A stretch of 39,954 nucleotides of DNA from Pseudomonadota bacterium (GCA_031380185.1 JANNFT010000418.1:1-39954); one strand, 5' to 3'; shown: positions 17,808 through 26,743, numbered from the stretch's first letter. A program made the numbers and translations. The notes: generated from the sequence alone by a model not told the origin.

Positions 17808-18407
17808 TTATTCGAATGGGATTGCGTGCCGCCAATGCTGTTTCCAGTTGTCAATATAGGCTCGGGCAAGTGGTTTATCGTTATAAATCAGCACGACATT
17901 TTCAGCATTGTGCTTCTGCGCCGCCTGCGTAAAATTGAAGCTGCCGGTGATAATTTTAGGGTTCGCCACTTCGGCATCAATCAAAATGATCTTGTTGTGC
18001 GCCGCGCTGTGGGCGCCGTCGAGCCGGATTTCGATTCCGCCATGCTTTAAGTCTTGCAGGATGAAGGCGGCGCCTTTTTCGAATTGTTCGCGATCCGCCA
18101 AAATATTGACGTCGACGCGACGCCGGTGTGCGTCCAGCAGCGCGCGACCAATCGCCTTGTTGGTGAAATTAAAACATTGCACTCGAATGCTTTGCTTCGC
18201 GTCGCCTATCGCCGCAACCATCGCGGCGGTGATATTGTCCCCGGGCGTGAATAGTACTTGAACTTTTGCGGCATTGGTCGTTGTGTCCGCCGCGGCGCCG
18301 CCGGCTAATACGGCCAAAAGGAATAATCCTAGAAACGGCAGTTGACCGCTGCTTCGGTTATTCAACATCATGGTTCCAATAACATTCTTCATAACTTGTG
18401 TGCTCAC
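17808..18407 (-). CDS. periplasmic phospholipase D-family endonuclease (Nuc-like, single HKD motif)
   Basis: HNKIILID...GSFNFT HKD motif, with a signal-like segment LGLFLLAVLAGGAAA. The first ~26 codons lie inside the MITE-like element, so the start is uncertain (GTG at 18407, or ATG at 18392, 18371 or 18368). Confidence 0.8.
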   Translation of the reverse strand: MSTQVMKNVIGTMMLNNRSSGQLPFLGLFLLAVLAGGAAADTTTNAAKVQVLFTPGDNITAAMVAAIGDAKQSIRVQCFNFTNKAIGRALLDAHRRRVDVNILADREQFEKGAAFILQDLKHGGIEIRLDGAHSAAHNKIILIDAEVANPKIITGSFNFTQAAQKHNAENVVLIYNDKPLARAYIDNWKQHWRHAIPFE

Positions 18408-18565
18408 CCATTTGGTGAGAATGCGCTACGGGGCGGATTGCGCGGTTCTGGCGGCGCAGGGTGTCGTTGCAACTCGTTGGAATGGAATGACTATTCCGCC
18501 TCGCCGCGCCTTGCCCTGCACCCCCATAACCGCACACTCCACCCCGTCCAACTGCCGTTTCTAGG
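18328..18565. mobile_element. 238-bp MITE-like non-autonomous element
   Basis: Perfect 17-nt terminal inverted repeats, CCTAGAAACGGCAGTTG (18328-18344) and CAACTGCCGTTTCTAGG (18549-18565). They are flanked by a direct ATAAT at 18323-18327 and 18566-18570. There is no ORF of transposase size. A 52-nt end fragment recurs at 10070-10121. Confidence 0.6.
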
Positions 18566-18589
18566 ATAATGCGAAAAGCTTTGCCGTCG

Positions 18590-19843
18590 TCAAATTTGCC
18601 GTTCCAGCACCGCGGCAAAAAATCCGTCGGTGTTATGGCAATGCGGATAAAGCTGAAACGTTTCGCCGCAGTCGATTTCGATCTGCTGCGCGCGCAGAAT
18701 TTCCTGGCTGTTGGCCAAGCGAAAATCAGTGTTGTTCGCAAGAAAGGCATCGACGATTGCCTCGTTTTCATCATGCAAAATGCTGCACGTCGCATAGACT
18801 AAACGTCCGCCGGGCTTGAGCAAGCGTGCGGCGGCGGCGAGAATGTTGGTCTGCATCACCGCTAATTCAGCGATGTCTTCGGCGCGCTGGCGCCACTTCA
18901 AATCCGGATTGCGGCGCAAGGTGCCGAGCCCACTGCACGGCGCATCGACCAGCACGCGATCGACTTTTCCGGCGAGGCGTTTAACGCGCGCATCTTGCTC
19001 ATGCTCGATCCGTACCGGTTGCACGTTCGACAAACCCGAGCGTTTCAGTCGCGGTTTCAGATTGGTTAGGCGCTTTTCCGATACATCGAACGCGTAAAGC
19101 CGTCCGGTCGAATGCATCAGCGCGCCGAGCAATAAGGTTTTCCCGCCGGAGCCGGCGCAAAAATCGACGACCATTTCGCCGCGTCTGGGCGCCAGCAAAT
19201 AGCCCAGCAATTGACTGCCCTCGTCTTGTACTTCGACGTGGCCTTCAAGCAATAATTTATGCTGTTGCAACGCCGGTTTGCCGGTGACGCGAATGCCGAC
19301 CGGGGAAAATGGCGTGGCACTCGCCTCCACTTCAATTTCGGCTAACTCGGCCAACACCGTAGCGCGATTGGTATGCATCGTATTCACGCGCAAGTCCAAC
19401 GGTCCGGGTTGATCGAGGCCGCGCGCGAGTTCGATCAGTTCTTGCCGGGTGTGGCGTTTTAGGTAATGTTGAATCAACCATTCCGGGAAATTGGTCTCGG
19501 CGGGCAATGACAGATGACCCGGCGCCGCAGCCGCAATGCCGCGTAGCATTTCGCGTTCGTGCGCTTTGGTGAAGCCGCTCATCGCCTTGACGTCCCAGCC
19601 TTGCACTTTCACCAGCGTCGCCAGCAGCAGCAAGCGCGGTTGATCGCTCTGGGTCAAATGCATCAACCACGAACGTTTGCGCAGCAACGCGTAAATCGTC
19701 TCGGCGATCAGGCCGCGATCGCGCATGCCAAGACTCTTGTTGTCGCGAAAAAAATGCCGCAACACGGCATCGGCCGGATGGACAAAACGCAGAACCTGCT
19801 TCGTTGCTTCGAGCAACGCTTCAAACTGGAGCGGAGAAATCAA
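18590..19843 (-). CDS. RsmB/NOP2-family SAM-dependent RNA (cytosine-C5) methyltransferase
   Basis: DFCAGSGGKT and DAPCSGLGTLRRNPDLKW motifs, and a catalytic ATCS motif. Confidence 0.88.
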   Translation of the reverse strand: MISPLQFEALLEATKQVLRFVHPADAVLRHFFRDNKSLGMRDRGLIAETIYALLRKRSWLMHLTQSDQPRLLLLATLVKVQGWDVKAMSGFTKAHEREMLRGIAAAAPGHLSLPAETNFPEWLIQHYLKRHTRQELIELARGLDQPGPLDLRVNTMHTNRATVLAELAEIEVEASATPFSPVGIRVTGKPALQQHKLLLEGHVEVQDEGSQLLGYLLAPRRGEMVVDFCAGSGGKTLLLGALMHSTGRLYAFDVSEKRLTNLKPRLKRSGLSNVQPVRIEHEQDARVKRLAGKVDRVLVDAPCSGLGTLRRNPDLKWRQRAEDIAELAVMQTNILAAAARLLKPGGRLVYATCSILHDENEAIVDAFLANNTDFRLANSQEILRAQQIEIDCGETFQLYPHCHNTDGFFAAVLERQI

Positions 19844-19868
19844 ATGGGGAAACGGTATCGACGCAACA

Positions 19869-21320
19869 CTAATTTACGCTGACGACTTTCATCGCCATCA
19901 GCGTTTGCTCGATGACACTGCCTTTCTTGTCGGTGACTCGGATTTTAACAGGTAGGTAATGATGTTCCAGCGCCAGCCATACTTCCATGCCGTCTTCGTC
20001 GCCTTTGCGTTGCTTTAGAATTTTCAACGTATGAAACTTTCCGCCTTCTAAACTAATGACTTCGTTGCCAGCGCGTTCAAATGCATAGCGTTCGAGCTTA
20101 CGTCCATTCGTCACGATCACGGTGAGATCGTCGCCGAGCGGCGGTGCGAACGCTAATTGAAATAACAGGCTCAACATATCTTGCGTGCCAGGTGTCGCGG
20201 CCTCGGTGCGATCGCCGCTCTTGCCGGTAAAGCGTACCGAATTTTCGCTCCAATTAAATGCGGCACTGTCTTTTTTGCCGCGCCGTTCCATGCTGAAGGT
20301 CGCTGGGCGTAATCCGGTCGCGCCAATATCGCCTTCACTGGCTTGCACAAATTTGCCGGCGATGGCGAAGATTCCCGAACCTTGCGCGACGCTATCGAGA
20401 CGGTAGTGGCCATCCGCAAACTTCCAGCTCAGCGTCAGCTCGCCTGACACGATGCCCATGCGCAATTTGTATTGCGCCTCGCCGCTCGCCGGAAGTGGTA
20501 ACGCCTTCGGATCGATGTTCGCGGTCGTTGCAGGCGCGGGCGGTGGCGGCGTAATGACGGCAACATTGTCCGGCGCCTTGGCAACGGCTGGCGCCGGAAC
20601 GGTCTCCGGCGCTCGCGGCGCTTCGGACGCCGGCGCAGCAATAGCAACGGGCGTCGGCGAGTGTTTGCTAACAACGGCCGCTGGCGCGTCGACACGCGGC
20701 GGCGCATCTTGACCGACCGGTTCAAGCGGATGCGGCGCGGTGGCGATGGCGGGAATCGGTGTTGGCTCCGGCACGGGTTCCTCGACGATTTGCCGCTCTA
20801 GCGCGACGACATCCTCGGCCGGCATGGTGGGATTTTCGATCGGCGTCGGCGCGCGCACTTTAGCGCCGGAACGTTCTTGTAGGTTCGCGATTGTTGTTGG
20901 CGCGGGCGATGCGATTGTTTCGGGTGCTGGACTGCGCGCTATTTCTGGTGCGGCTTCTGCCGTAGTAACCTTGGGGATCGGCTCTGGTACGGGGTGGCCT
21001 TGGGCCATTGCTTCTACAGGAGGCACTTGCTTTGGATTGGATTTTTTCGCGATCGTCTTGGCTACTTTTTTCGGCGCCACTGCGACCTTAGCTACCGGCT
21101 TTTCCATGGCGATATCGGCTGGCGGTGCGACAATCGGTTCAGGGCTGGCGCCAGGTTTTGCCACGATGGTCGCCTTTAACACCGGCGCAGGCAGCTCGTC
21201 GAGCGATTCGGTTTTTACCTGAATGCCGTACAGGAACAGCGCGTGCAGGGCGCCCGACAACACGATCATCGACACAAACGCGCGGGAGTATCGGAATGCC
21301 GGTAGGACGAACGCGGTCAC
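19869..21320 (-). CDS. DUF3108 domain protein with N-terminal TM anchor and long Pro/Ala-rich (TonB-like) linker
   Basis: TM segment MIVLSGALHALFLYGI. About 230 aa of P/A/E/V-rich low complexity follows. The C-terminal ~210 aa is similar to the adjacent DUF3108 protein (GLRP..F...........FNW.....). Confidence 0.75.
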   Translation of the reverse strand: MTAFVLPAFRYSRAFVSMIVLSGALHALFLYGIQVKTESLDELPAPVLKATIVAKPGASPEPIVAPPADIAMEKPVAKVAVAPKKVAKTIAKKSNPKQVPPVEAMAQGHPVPEPIPKVTTAEAAPEIARSPAPETIASPAPTTIANLQERSGAKVRAPTPIENPTMPAEDVVALERQIVEEPVPEPTPIPAIATAPHPLEPVGQDAPPRVDAPAAVVSKHSPTPVAIAAPASEAPRAPETVPAPAVAKAPDNVAVITPPPPAPATTANIDPKALPLPASGEAQYKLRMGIVSGELTLSWKFADGHYRLDSVAQGSGIFAIAGKFVQASEGDIGATGLRPATFSMERRGKKDSAAFNWSENSVRFTGKSGDRTEAATPGTQDMLSLLFQLAFAPPLGDDLTVIVTNGRKLERYAFERAGNEVISLEGGKFHTLKILKQRKGDEDGMEVWLALEHHYLPVKIRVTDKKGSVIEQTLMAMKVVSVN

Positions 21321-21325
21321 GGAAA

Positions 21326-22015
21326 TTACTGCACCGTTTCGTCGATAACGATTTTGCTAAGCACCTGCTCCAAGCGATGCTCGTCGTTCGCGGCGATCAC
21401 TTTAATGGGTACGAAATGCTGATCTTTGCCGAGCCACAGTTCGAAACTGGCGTCGTCGTGTTCATGTTTGATCTTCGCCACGTGCACTGTGTTGAATTCT
21501 CCCGCCGGCGTATTCACCATTTGATCTTTCAGCACACGGTAGGGATACTCCTCGACTTTCTTGCCGTCGGTCAGCCTCACCAATCCATCGGTGTGGGGCG
21601 GCGCGAACATGAATTGATACTTCAGCGACAGACTGTCGAAAGTTTGTGCTTTGAGTTCGTGCCGTTTATTCTCGCCATTGCGCGTCAGCAATAATTCGGC
21701 ATCGGTCCAATTAAAGTCCGCGGTAATATCTTTTTCTGGCTTGTTGCTCTGGGATTGAGTGAAATGGTCTGGCCGCAATCCTTCTGCCGTCACCGTTCCG
21801 CTCGCGGTCTGCGTCAGACTCGGCAGCAACCAACTCAGAATCGGTTTCGCCACGCTCTCGATGAAATACTTGCCATCGCGAATAACGAATTTCTCCGTCA
21901 CTTCGCCGAGCTTAGTCGTGCCTTTGAGCAAGAAATAGGTTGTCTTGATTTCGCGCACCTGCGCTTGCGCATAACCGGCGCACGCGATCAACAACACTGC
22001 AAACAATCGTTTCAT
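21326..22015 (-). CDS. DUF3108 domain protein (periplasmic)
   Basis: Signal peptide MKRLFAVLLIACAGYAQA and a beta-rich body. Its ATG overlaps the purN stop codon (ATGA). Confidence 0.8.
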   Translation of the reverse strand: MKRLFAVLLIACAGYAQAQVREIKTTYFLLKGTTKLGEVTEKFVIRDGKYFIESVAKPILSWLLPSLTQTASGTVTAEGLRPDHFTQSQSNKPEKDITADFNWTDAELLLTRNGENKRHELKAQTFDSLSLKYQFMFAPPHTDGLVRLTDGKKVEEYPYRVLKDQMVNTPAGEFNTVHVAKIKHEHDDASFELWLGKDQHFVPIKVIAANDEHRLEQVLSKIVIDETVQ

Positions 22016-22653
22016 CCAACTTCCTTTGGGTTTATCAGCGCGCCGCTTGCGTCCGCGCTTCGGTTGAACCTAACGCGTTGATCGGCGCCGAGGCTGACTT
22101 TGTCTTCGACTAACCAACGCAGCGCGTTCGGGTAAATCACATGTTCTTGCTGTAACACGCGAGCCGCTAAAGTTTCCGCGTCGTCGTTCGGTAACACCGG
22201 CACGGCTGCTTGAACTATGATCGCTCCGTGGTCCAACTCCGCAGTGACAAAATGCACCGTACAGCCATGCAGTTTGACACCGGCCGCCAACGCCCGTTCG
22301 TGCGTATGTAACCCGGTGAACGACGGCAGTAACGACGGGTGAATATTGATCAAGCGGCCAACATAGCGATCGACAAAGTTTGGCGTCAGCACACGCATGA
22401 ATCCGGCGAGCACCACGAAGTCCGGTTGATGTTCATCGATCACTATCGCCAGTTGCGCATCGAACGCATCGCGTGTCGGAAACCTCGTATGATCAACAAC
22501 CGCCGTTGCGATACCGCGCTGCGCAGCGTAGTCCAAACCCTCCGCATCCGGGCGATTGCTGATGACTGCGGCGATTTGAACGGGGAGCTTCGCCTCGACG
22601 ATCGCCTGCAGGTTAGTGCCGCGACCGGAAATGAGGATAACGACGGATTTCAT
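22012..22653 (-). CDS. purN: phosphoribosylglycinamide formyltransferase
   Basis: ISGRGTNLQAI, NIHPSLLP and HFV..ELD.G motifs. Confidence 0.93.
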   Translation of the reverse strand: MKSVVILISGRGTNLQAIVEAKLPVQIAAVISNRPDAEGLDYAAQRGIATAVVDHTRFPTRDAFDAQLAIVIDEHQPDFVVLAGFMRVLTPNFVDRYVGRLINIHPSLLPSFTGLHTHERALAAGVKLHGCTVHFVTAELDHGAIIVQAAVPVLPNDDAETLAARVLQQEHVIYPNALRWLVEDKVSLGADQRVRFNRSADASGALINPKEVG

Positions 22654-22803
22654 TCAACAAGTAATCATGAATGATTAATCTAGGATTATGTCACAGCCAC
22701 TTGCTTTTCTTCGTGCTGTATCTTCCGGTGTTAGCGAATAACCATTGAAAGCAAACGCCACAATTGATAGATTGCGGGATCGACACTTTTTGCGAGGTAC
22801 ATC

Positions 22804-24108
22804 GTGCTGCACAAATTGTTCTTTTTCGTCGCCGCCCTGGTTTGCGCCAACCCGTCGAACGCCGCCGACTCTCTTTCTAGCGGAGATATCGATCGCCTCG
22901 CCTACGAAGTCGAGGCGAAAGTAATCGAATGGCGGCGTGACATTCACCAGCATCCCGAGCTTGGCAATCGTGAATTTCGCACCGGCAAGTTAATCGCCGA
23001 GCATTTGCAAAAGCTTGGCCTCGAGGTTAAGACAGGCGTCGCGAAAACCGGCGTCGTCGCCGTGCTCAAAGGCGGTAAGCCGGGTCCCGTCGTGGCGCTG
23101 CGCGCCGACATGGACGCACTGCCTGTGGTCGAAGCGGTCGATCTGCCCTTCGCATCGACGGTGAAAGGCGAATACGAAGGCAAGGAAGTCGGCGTGATGC
23201 ATGCTTGCGGCCACGATGCTCACGTTGCCATTCTGATGGGTGTGGCTGAAATGTTCGCTAAGATTAAAGACCAATTGCCCGGTACGATCAAATTCATATT
23301 CCAGCCGGCGGAAGAAGGCCCGCCACGCGGCGAAGAAGGCGGCGCGGCGCTGATGGTGAAAGAGGGCGCGCTGGAAAATCCTAAGCCGAATGCGATCTTC
23401 GGTTTACACGTCGTCGCGATGATGCACACGGGAAGCATCGGTTATCGCGCCGGGCCGATGATGGCGTCGGCGGATATTTTGCGCATTAAAGTCAAAGGCC
23501 GACAAACTCACGGCTCGCAACCTTGGAGCGGCGTCGATCCGATCGTCACGGCAGCGCAAATCGTGCTTGGTCTACAAACCATTGTCAGCCGCCAAGTGAA
23601 TATCACCAACGAACCGGCAGTCGTCACCATTGGCAGCATTCATGGAGGCAATCGTTTCAATATCATTCCCGAAGAAGTGGATCTGGTCGGAACGATTCGT
23701 ACGTTCGAAGAAGCCATGCGCGACGACATTCACAAGCGCATAAGAACTACGGCGGAGATGATCGCCGCGAGCCAAGGCGCGACGGTGCAAGTGGAAATAG
23801 AAAAACCTTATGCGGTGACGATCAACGACGAAGAGTTGACGGCGCTGATGGTGCCGACCTTTAAACGAATCGCCGGGGAAAAGAACGTTATCGTTCGCGC
23901 CAAGACAACCGGCGCGGAAGATTTCGCTTTTTATCAGCAAAAAATTCCCGGCCTATTTTACTTTGTTGGCATCACGCCGGCCGGCACGGACCTGACCAAG
24001 GTTGCGGTCAATCATTCGCCGAAATTTTTCGTCGACGAGTCAGGACTGTTGCTCGGCATTCGTTCGCTTGCGGCGCTGGCCGCCGATTATTTGCAGATGG
24101 GGAAATGA
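22804..24108 (+). CDS. M20D family amidohydrolase (aminoacylase / hippurate hydrolase type), exported
   Basis: Signal peptide, then WRRDIHQHPELGNREF, ALRADMDALP, HACGHDAH and FQPAEEG motifs. GTG start. Confidence 0.88.
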   Translation: MLHKLFFFVAALVCANPSNAADSLSSGDIDRLAYEVEAKVIEWRRDIHQHPELGNREFRTGKLIAEHLQKLGLEVKTGVAKTGVVAVLKGGKPGPVVALRADMDALPVVEAVDLPFASTVKGEYEGKEVGVMHACGHDAHVAILMGVAEMFAKIKDQLPGTIKFIFQPAEEGPPRGEEGGAALMVKEGALENPKPNAIFGLHVVAMMHTGSIGYRAGPMMASADILRIKVKGRQTHGSQPWSGVDPIVTAAQIVLGLQTIVSRQVNITNEPAVVTIGSIHGGNRFNIIPEEVDLVGTIRTFEEAMRDDIHKRIRTTAEMIAASQGATVQVEIEKPYAVTINDEELTALMVPTFKRIAGEKNVIVRAKTTGAEDFAFYQQKIPGLFYFVGITPAGTDLTKVAVNHSPKFFVDESGLLLGIRSLAALAADYLQMGK

Positions 24109-24212
24109 ATCCCTTACGTATGCGCGCGGCTAAATGGTCTGGCCGATGCCTGGCGAGCCGCTCTGGTATTGGCTTGCAGGCCAATGCGCGTCGCATTTAG
24201 CGCACCCATGGC

Positions 24213-25418
24213 ATGACTGTCACGCTGAATGATGTGCAATCGGCTGCCGCCGCGATTCGCGGCAGCCTGGTAGAGACGCCTTGCTTGCATTCGCGCACGC
24301 TATCGCAGATCAGCGGCGCGAACGTTTATCTCAAATTCGAGAATCATCAGTTCACCGCGTCGTTTAAAGAACGCGGTGCGCTGAATAAATTGTTGTCGCT
24401 GTCATTGCAAGAGCGAACGCGCGGCGTAATCGCGGCGTCGGCCGGCAATCATGCCCAGGGGCTCGCCTATCACGCCAAACGCCTCGGCGTGCCCGCCACC
24501 ATCGTCATGCCGCGTTTCACGCCGAATGTGAAAGTGGAGCACACCCGTGGTCATGGCGCCGAAGTGATTCTGCACGGCGAGAATTTCGATACCGCCAAAG
24601 TGTTTGCAGTCGGCCTTGGCGCCGAGCGTGGCTTAGTATGGGTTCATCCCTATGACGACGAAAAAGTTATTGCGGGGCAAGGCACCATCGCGTTGGAAAT
24701 GCTTGCGACGGAACCCAAACTCGATGCGCTGATCATTCCCATCGGCGGCGGCGGAATGATCGCGGGCATGGCGGTTGCCGCGAAAGCGATCAATCCAAAT
24801 ATCGAAATTGTCGGCGTCGAGACCGAACGATTCCCGTCAATGTATTGCGCGATCAAGGGTGAGATACCGCACTTTGGCACTAGCACGATCGCCGAAGGAA
24901 TCGCAGTGAAAGAGCCTGGCGGCATTACGCAAGCGATCGTGCGAAAACTGGTCAGCGAAATAATATTGGTGGACGAAGGCGATATCGAAGAAGCGATTGT
25001 CTTACTATTGGAAATCGAAAAAACCGTAGTCGAGGGCGCCGGTGCGGCGGGCCTCGCGGCGCTGCTGAAAACGCGCGAACGCTTTCGCGGTAAGCATGTC
25101 GGGATTGTATTGTGCGGCGGGAACATCGATCCGTTGATGTTGTCTGACATTATCGAACGCGGCATGGTGCGATCGGGACGCTTGGCGCAGATCAAAGTGG
25201 AACTGCGCGATTTGCCCGGCTCGCTGGCGGAAGTGACGGCCTGTCTCGCCGAAGTCAACGCCAACATCGAGGAGGTTCATCACCAACGCGCGTTTAGCCA
25301 CTTGCCGATACAAAGCGCCGAAGTGGATTTCGTGTTGCAGGCTCGAGGTCACGGGCATATTGTGCAGATACTTGCGGCGCTCGAAGAGAAAGGTTTTAAA
25401 GCGCAGCTCATCCAATAG
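24213..25418 (+). CDS. ilvA: threonine ammonia-lyase (about 400 aa, single ACT-like domain)
   Basis: The PLP lysine motif FTASFKERGALNKL, SAGNHAQG and GGGGMIAG, with a C-terminal ACT-like region. Confidence 0.9.
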   Translation: MTVTLNDVQSAAAAIRGSLVETPCLHSRTLSQISGANVYLKFENHQFTASFKERGALNKLLSLSLQERTRGVIAASAGNHAQGLAYHAKRLGVPATIVMPRFTPNVKVEHTRGHGAEVILHGENFDTAKVFAVGLGAERGLVWVHPYDDEKVIAGQGTIALEMLATEPKLDALIIPIGGGGMIAGMAVAAKAINPNIEIVGVETERFPSMYCAIKGEIPHFGTSTIAEGIAVKEPGGITQAIVRKLVSEIILVDEGDIEEAIVLLLEIEKTVVEGAGAAGLAALLKTRERFRGKHVGIVLCGGNIDPLMLSDIIERGMVRSGRLAQIKVELRDLPGSLAEVTACLAEVNANIEEVHHQRAFSHLPIQSAEVDFVLQARGHGHIVQILAALEEKGFKAQLIQ

Positions 25419-25466
25419 AGATGACGAGGATAAAATGCAAAGGTGTGGCCCGAGGCCAGCCCCTCG

Positions 25467-25531
25467 TTCCCGCAAAAGCGGGAATCCATTTGGCTTAGAC
25501 GACACTGGATCCCCGTTTTCACGGGAATGAC
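25467..25531. repeat. inverted pair of short REP hairpins (TTCCCGC-AAAA-GCGGGAA type)
   Basis: CGTTCCCGCAAAAGCGGGAATCC lies at 25465-25487. The reverse complement of GGATCCCCGTTTTCACGGGAATGAC (25508-25532) is a diverged copy of it. Confidence 0.6.
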
Positions 25532-25604
25532 AACAATAAAAGTTAGTTGTTTTTTTTGCTGGAATTGATTCAATACCAAAACAGCTTTCGACCAGGAGTA
25601 TTTA

Positions 25605-26567
25605 ATGACTGACTCGCACCAATTATCTCGCCGTAACTTTTTAAAGCTCGCCGGCGCCACAACGATTGCAGCCGCCAGCCTAAACGCACGCGCCGCCGAC
25701 GACGAAAAAGAGGACGCCAAGGACGACAATAAAACTACCGTGATGACCGATGACGGCACCGATCTGCATTTCATCGCCAAAGGCACGGGCAAACCGCTCA
25801 TCATGATTCCCGGCTGGTCGCAAACTGCGGCCATGTACAAGCATCAAATCGATGCTTTGTCGGACAATTATCGCTGTATCGCCATCGATATGCGCGGACA
25901 CGGCGATTCCGAAAAGGTCGCGCACGGCTATCGCATGCAACGCCTCGCGGCCGATTTGCGCGCGTTTATTTATTATGAAGATCTCGCCGATGTGACCTTG
26001 ATGGGGCACTCCATGGGCTGTTCCGTGATCTGGTCCTATTGGGATATGTTTTCAGGCGATCGCGTCGCCAAAGTAATTCTGATCGATCAAGCGCCGACAG
26101 TGACGAGTCAGCCAGGTTGGAGCGACGCGCAAAAGGCCGAAGCCGGCGCGATTTTCGATCCGCCTACGCTGTACGGCATCGCCGCCGGATTACGCGGCCC
26201 GGACGGCGTGAAAACCACAGAAGGTTTTTTCGCGCCGGAAGGCATTTTTTTCACCAAAGCTTTTCCGCAAGATCAGCGCAACTGGGCGCTGCAGCAAAAT
26301 CTGAAGTTCCCACGCAAGCACGCCGCCGAGTTGCTGTTGAATCATTGCACACAAGATTGGCGTGACGTGATTCCACGCATTAATAAACCGACGTTGGTCG
26401 TCACCGGCAAAGCGAGTTTCTTCCCGCTGAAATCGCAAGAATGGATCGCCAATCAAATTAAAGGCGCGAAGCTTGAAGTGTTCGCTGCCGAAGAAGGCGG
26501 AAGTCATTTTATGTTCCTGGAGAATCCAGACAAATTTAATAAAGTGGCGCGGGATTTCTTAGGGTAA
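25605..26567 (+). CDS. Tat-exported alpha/beta-fold hydrolase
   Basis: Twin-arginine signal SRRNFLKLAGATTIAAASLNARA. HG-box IPGWSQT and nucleophile elbow GHSMG. Confidence 0.85.
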   Translation: MTDSHQLSRRNFLKLAGATTIAAASLNARAADDEKEDAKDDNKTTVMTDDGTDLHFIAKGTGKPLIMIPGWSQTAAMYKHQIDALSDNYRCIAIDMRGHGDSEKVAHGYRMQRLAADLRAFIYYEDLADVTLMGHSMGCSVIWSYWDMFSGDRVAKVILIDQAPTVTSQPGWSDAQKAEAGAIFDPPTLYGIAAGLRGPDGVKTTEGFFAPEGIFFTKAFPQDQRNWALQQNLKFPRKHAAELLLNHCTQDWRDVIPRINKPTLVVTGKASFFPLKSQEWIANQIKGAKLEVFAAEEGGSHFMFLENPDKFNKVARDFLG

Positions 26568-26574
26568 AGAGAGC

Positions 26575-26743
26575 GGGGTCAGGTCTCAATGCTGTTCGCT
26601 TAAGTTCCAATGCGGTTCGCTTAAGCTCGTTCGCCCTGAGCCGTGAGCTTGTCGAGCGGTCGAAGGGTAAATGGGCTTCGATCGTTCGACAAGCTCACGA
26701 CTCAGCCCGAACGGCGAAACGAACAGTATTGAGGCCTGACCCC
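26575..26743. repeat. 169-bp nested palindromic (REP/BIME-like) element
   Basis: The outer 24-nt arms, 26575-26598 and 26720-26743, match at 22 of 24 positions. The inner 23-nt arms, 26637-26659 and 26683-26705, match at 21 of 23. A partial third copy of the arm end (GAGGCCTGACCC) lies at 26812-26823. Confidence 0.85.

Noticed and set aside
18328-18565. Alternative reading of the element ends as an IS5-type CTAG target duplication, with TIR = AAACGGCAGTTG.
   Set aside because: Excision under that model leaves the nuclease frame without any nearby start codon. The ATAAT-duplication model instead restores an in-frame signal peptide with a TTG overlapping the upstream stop. I therefore prefer the latter, but the exact duplication cannot be resolved from one copy.
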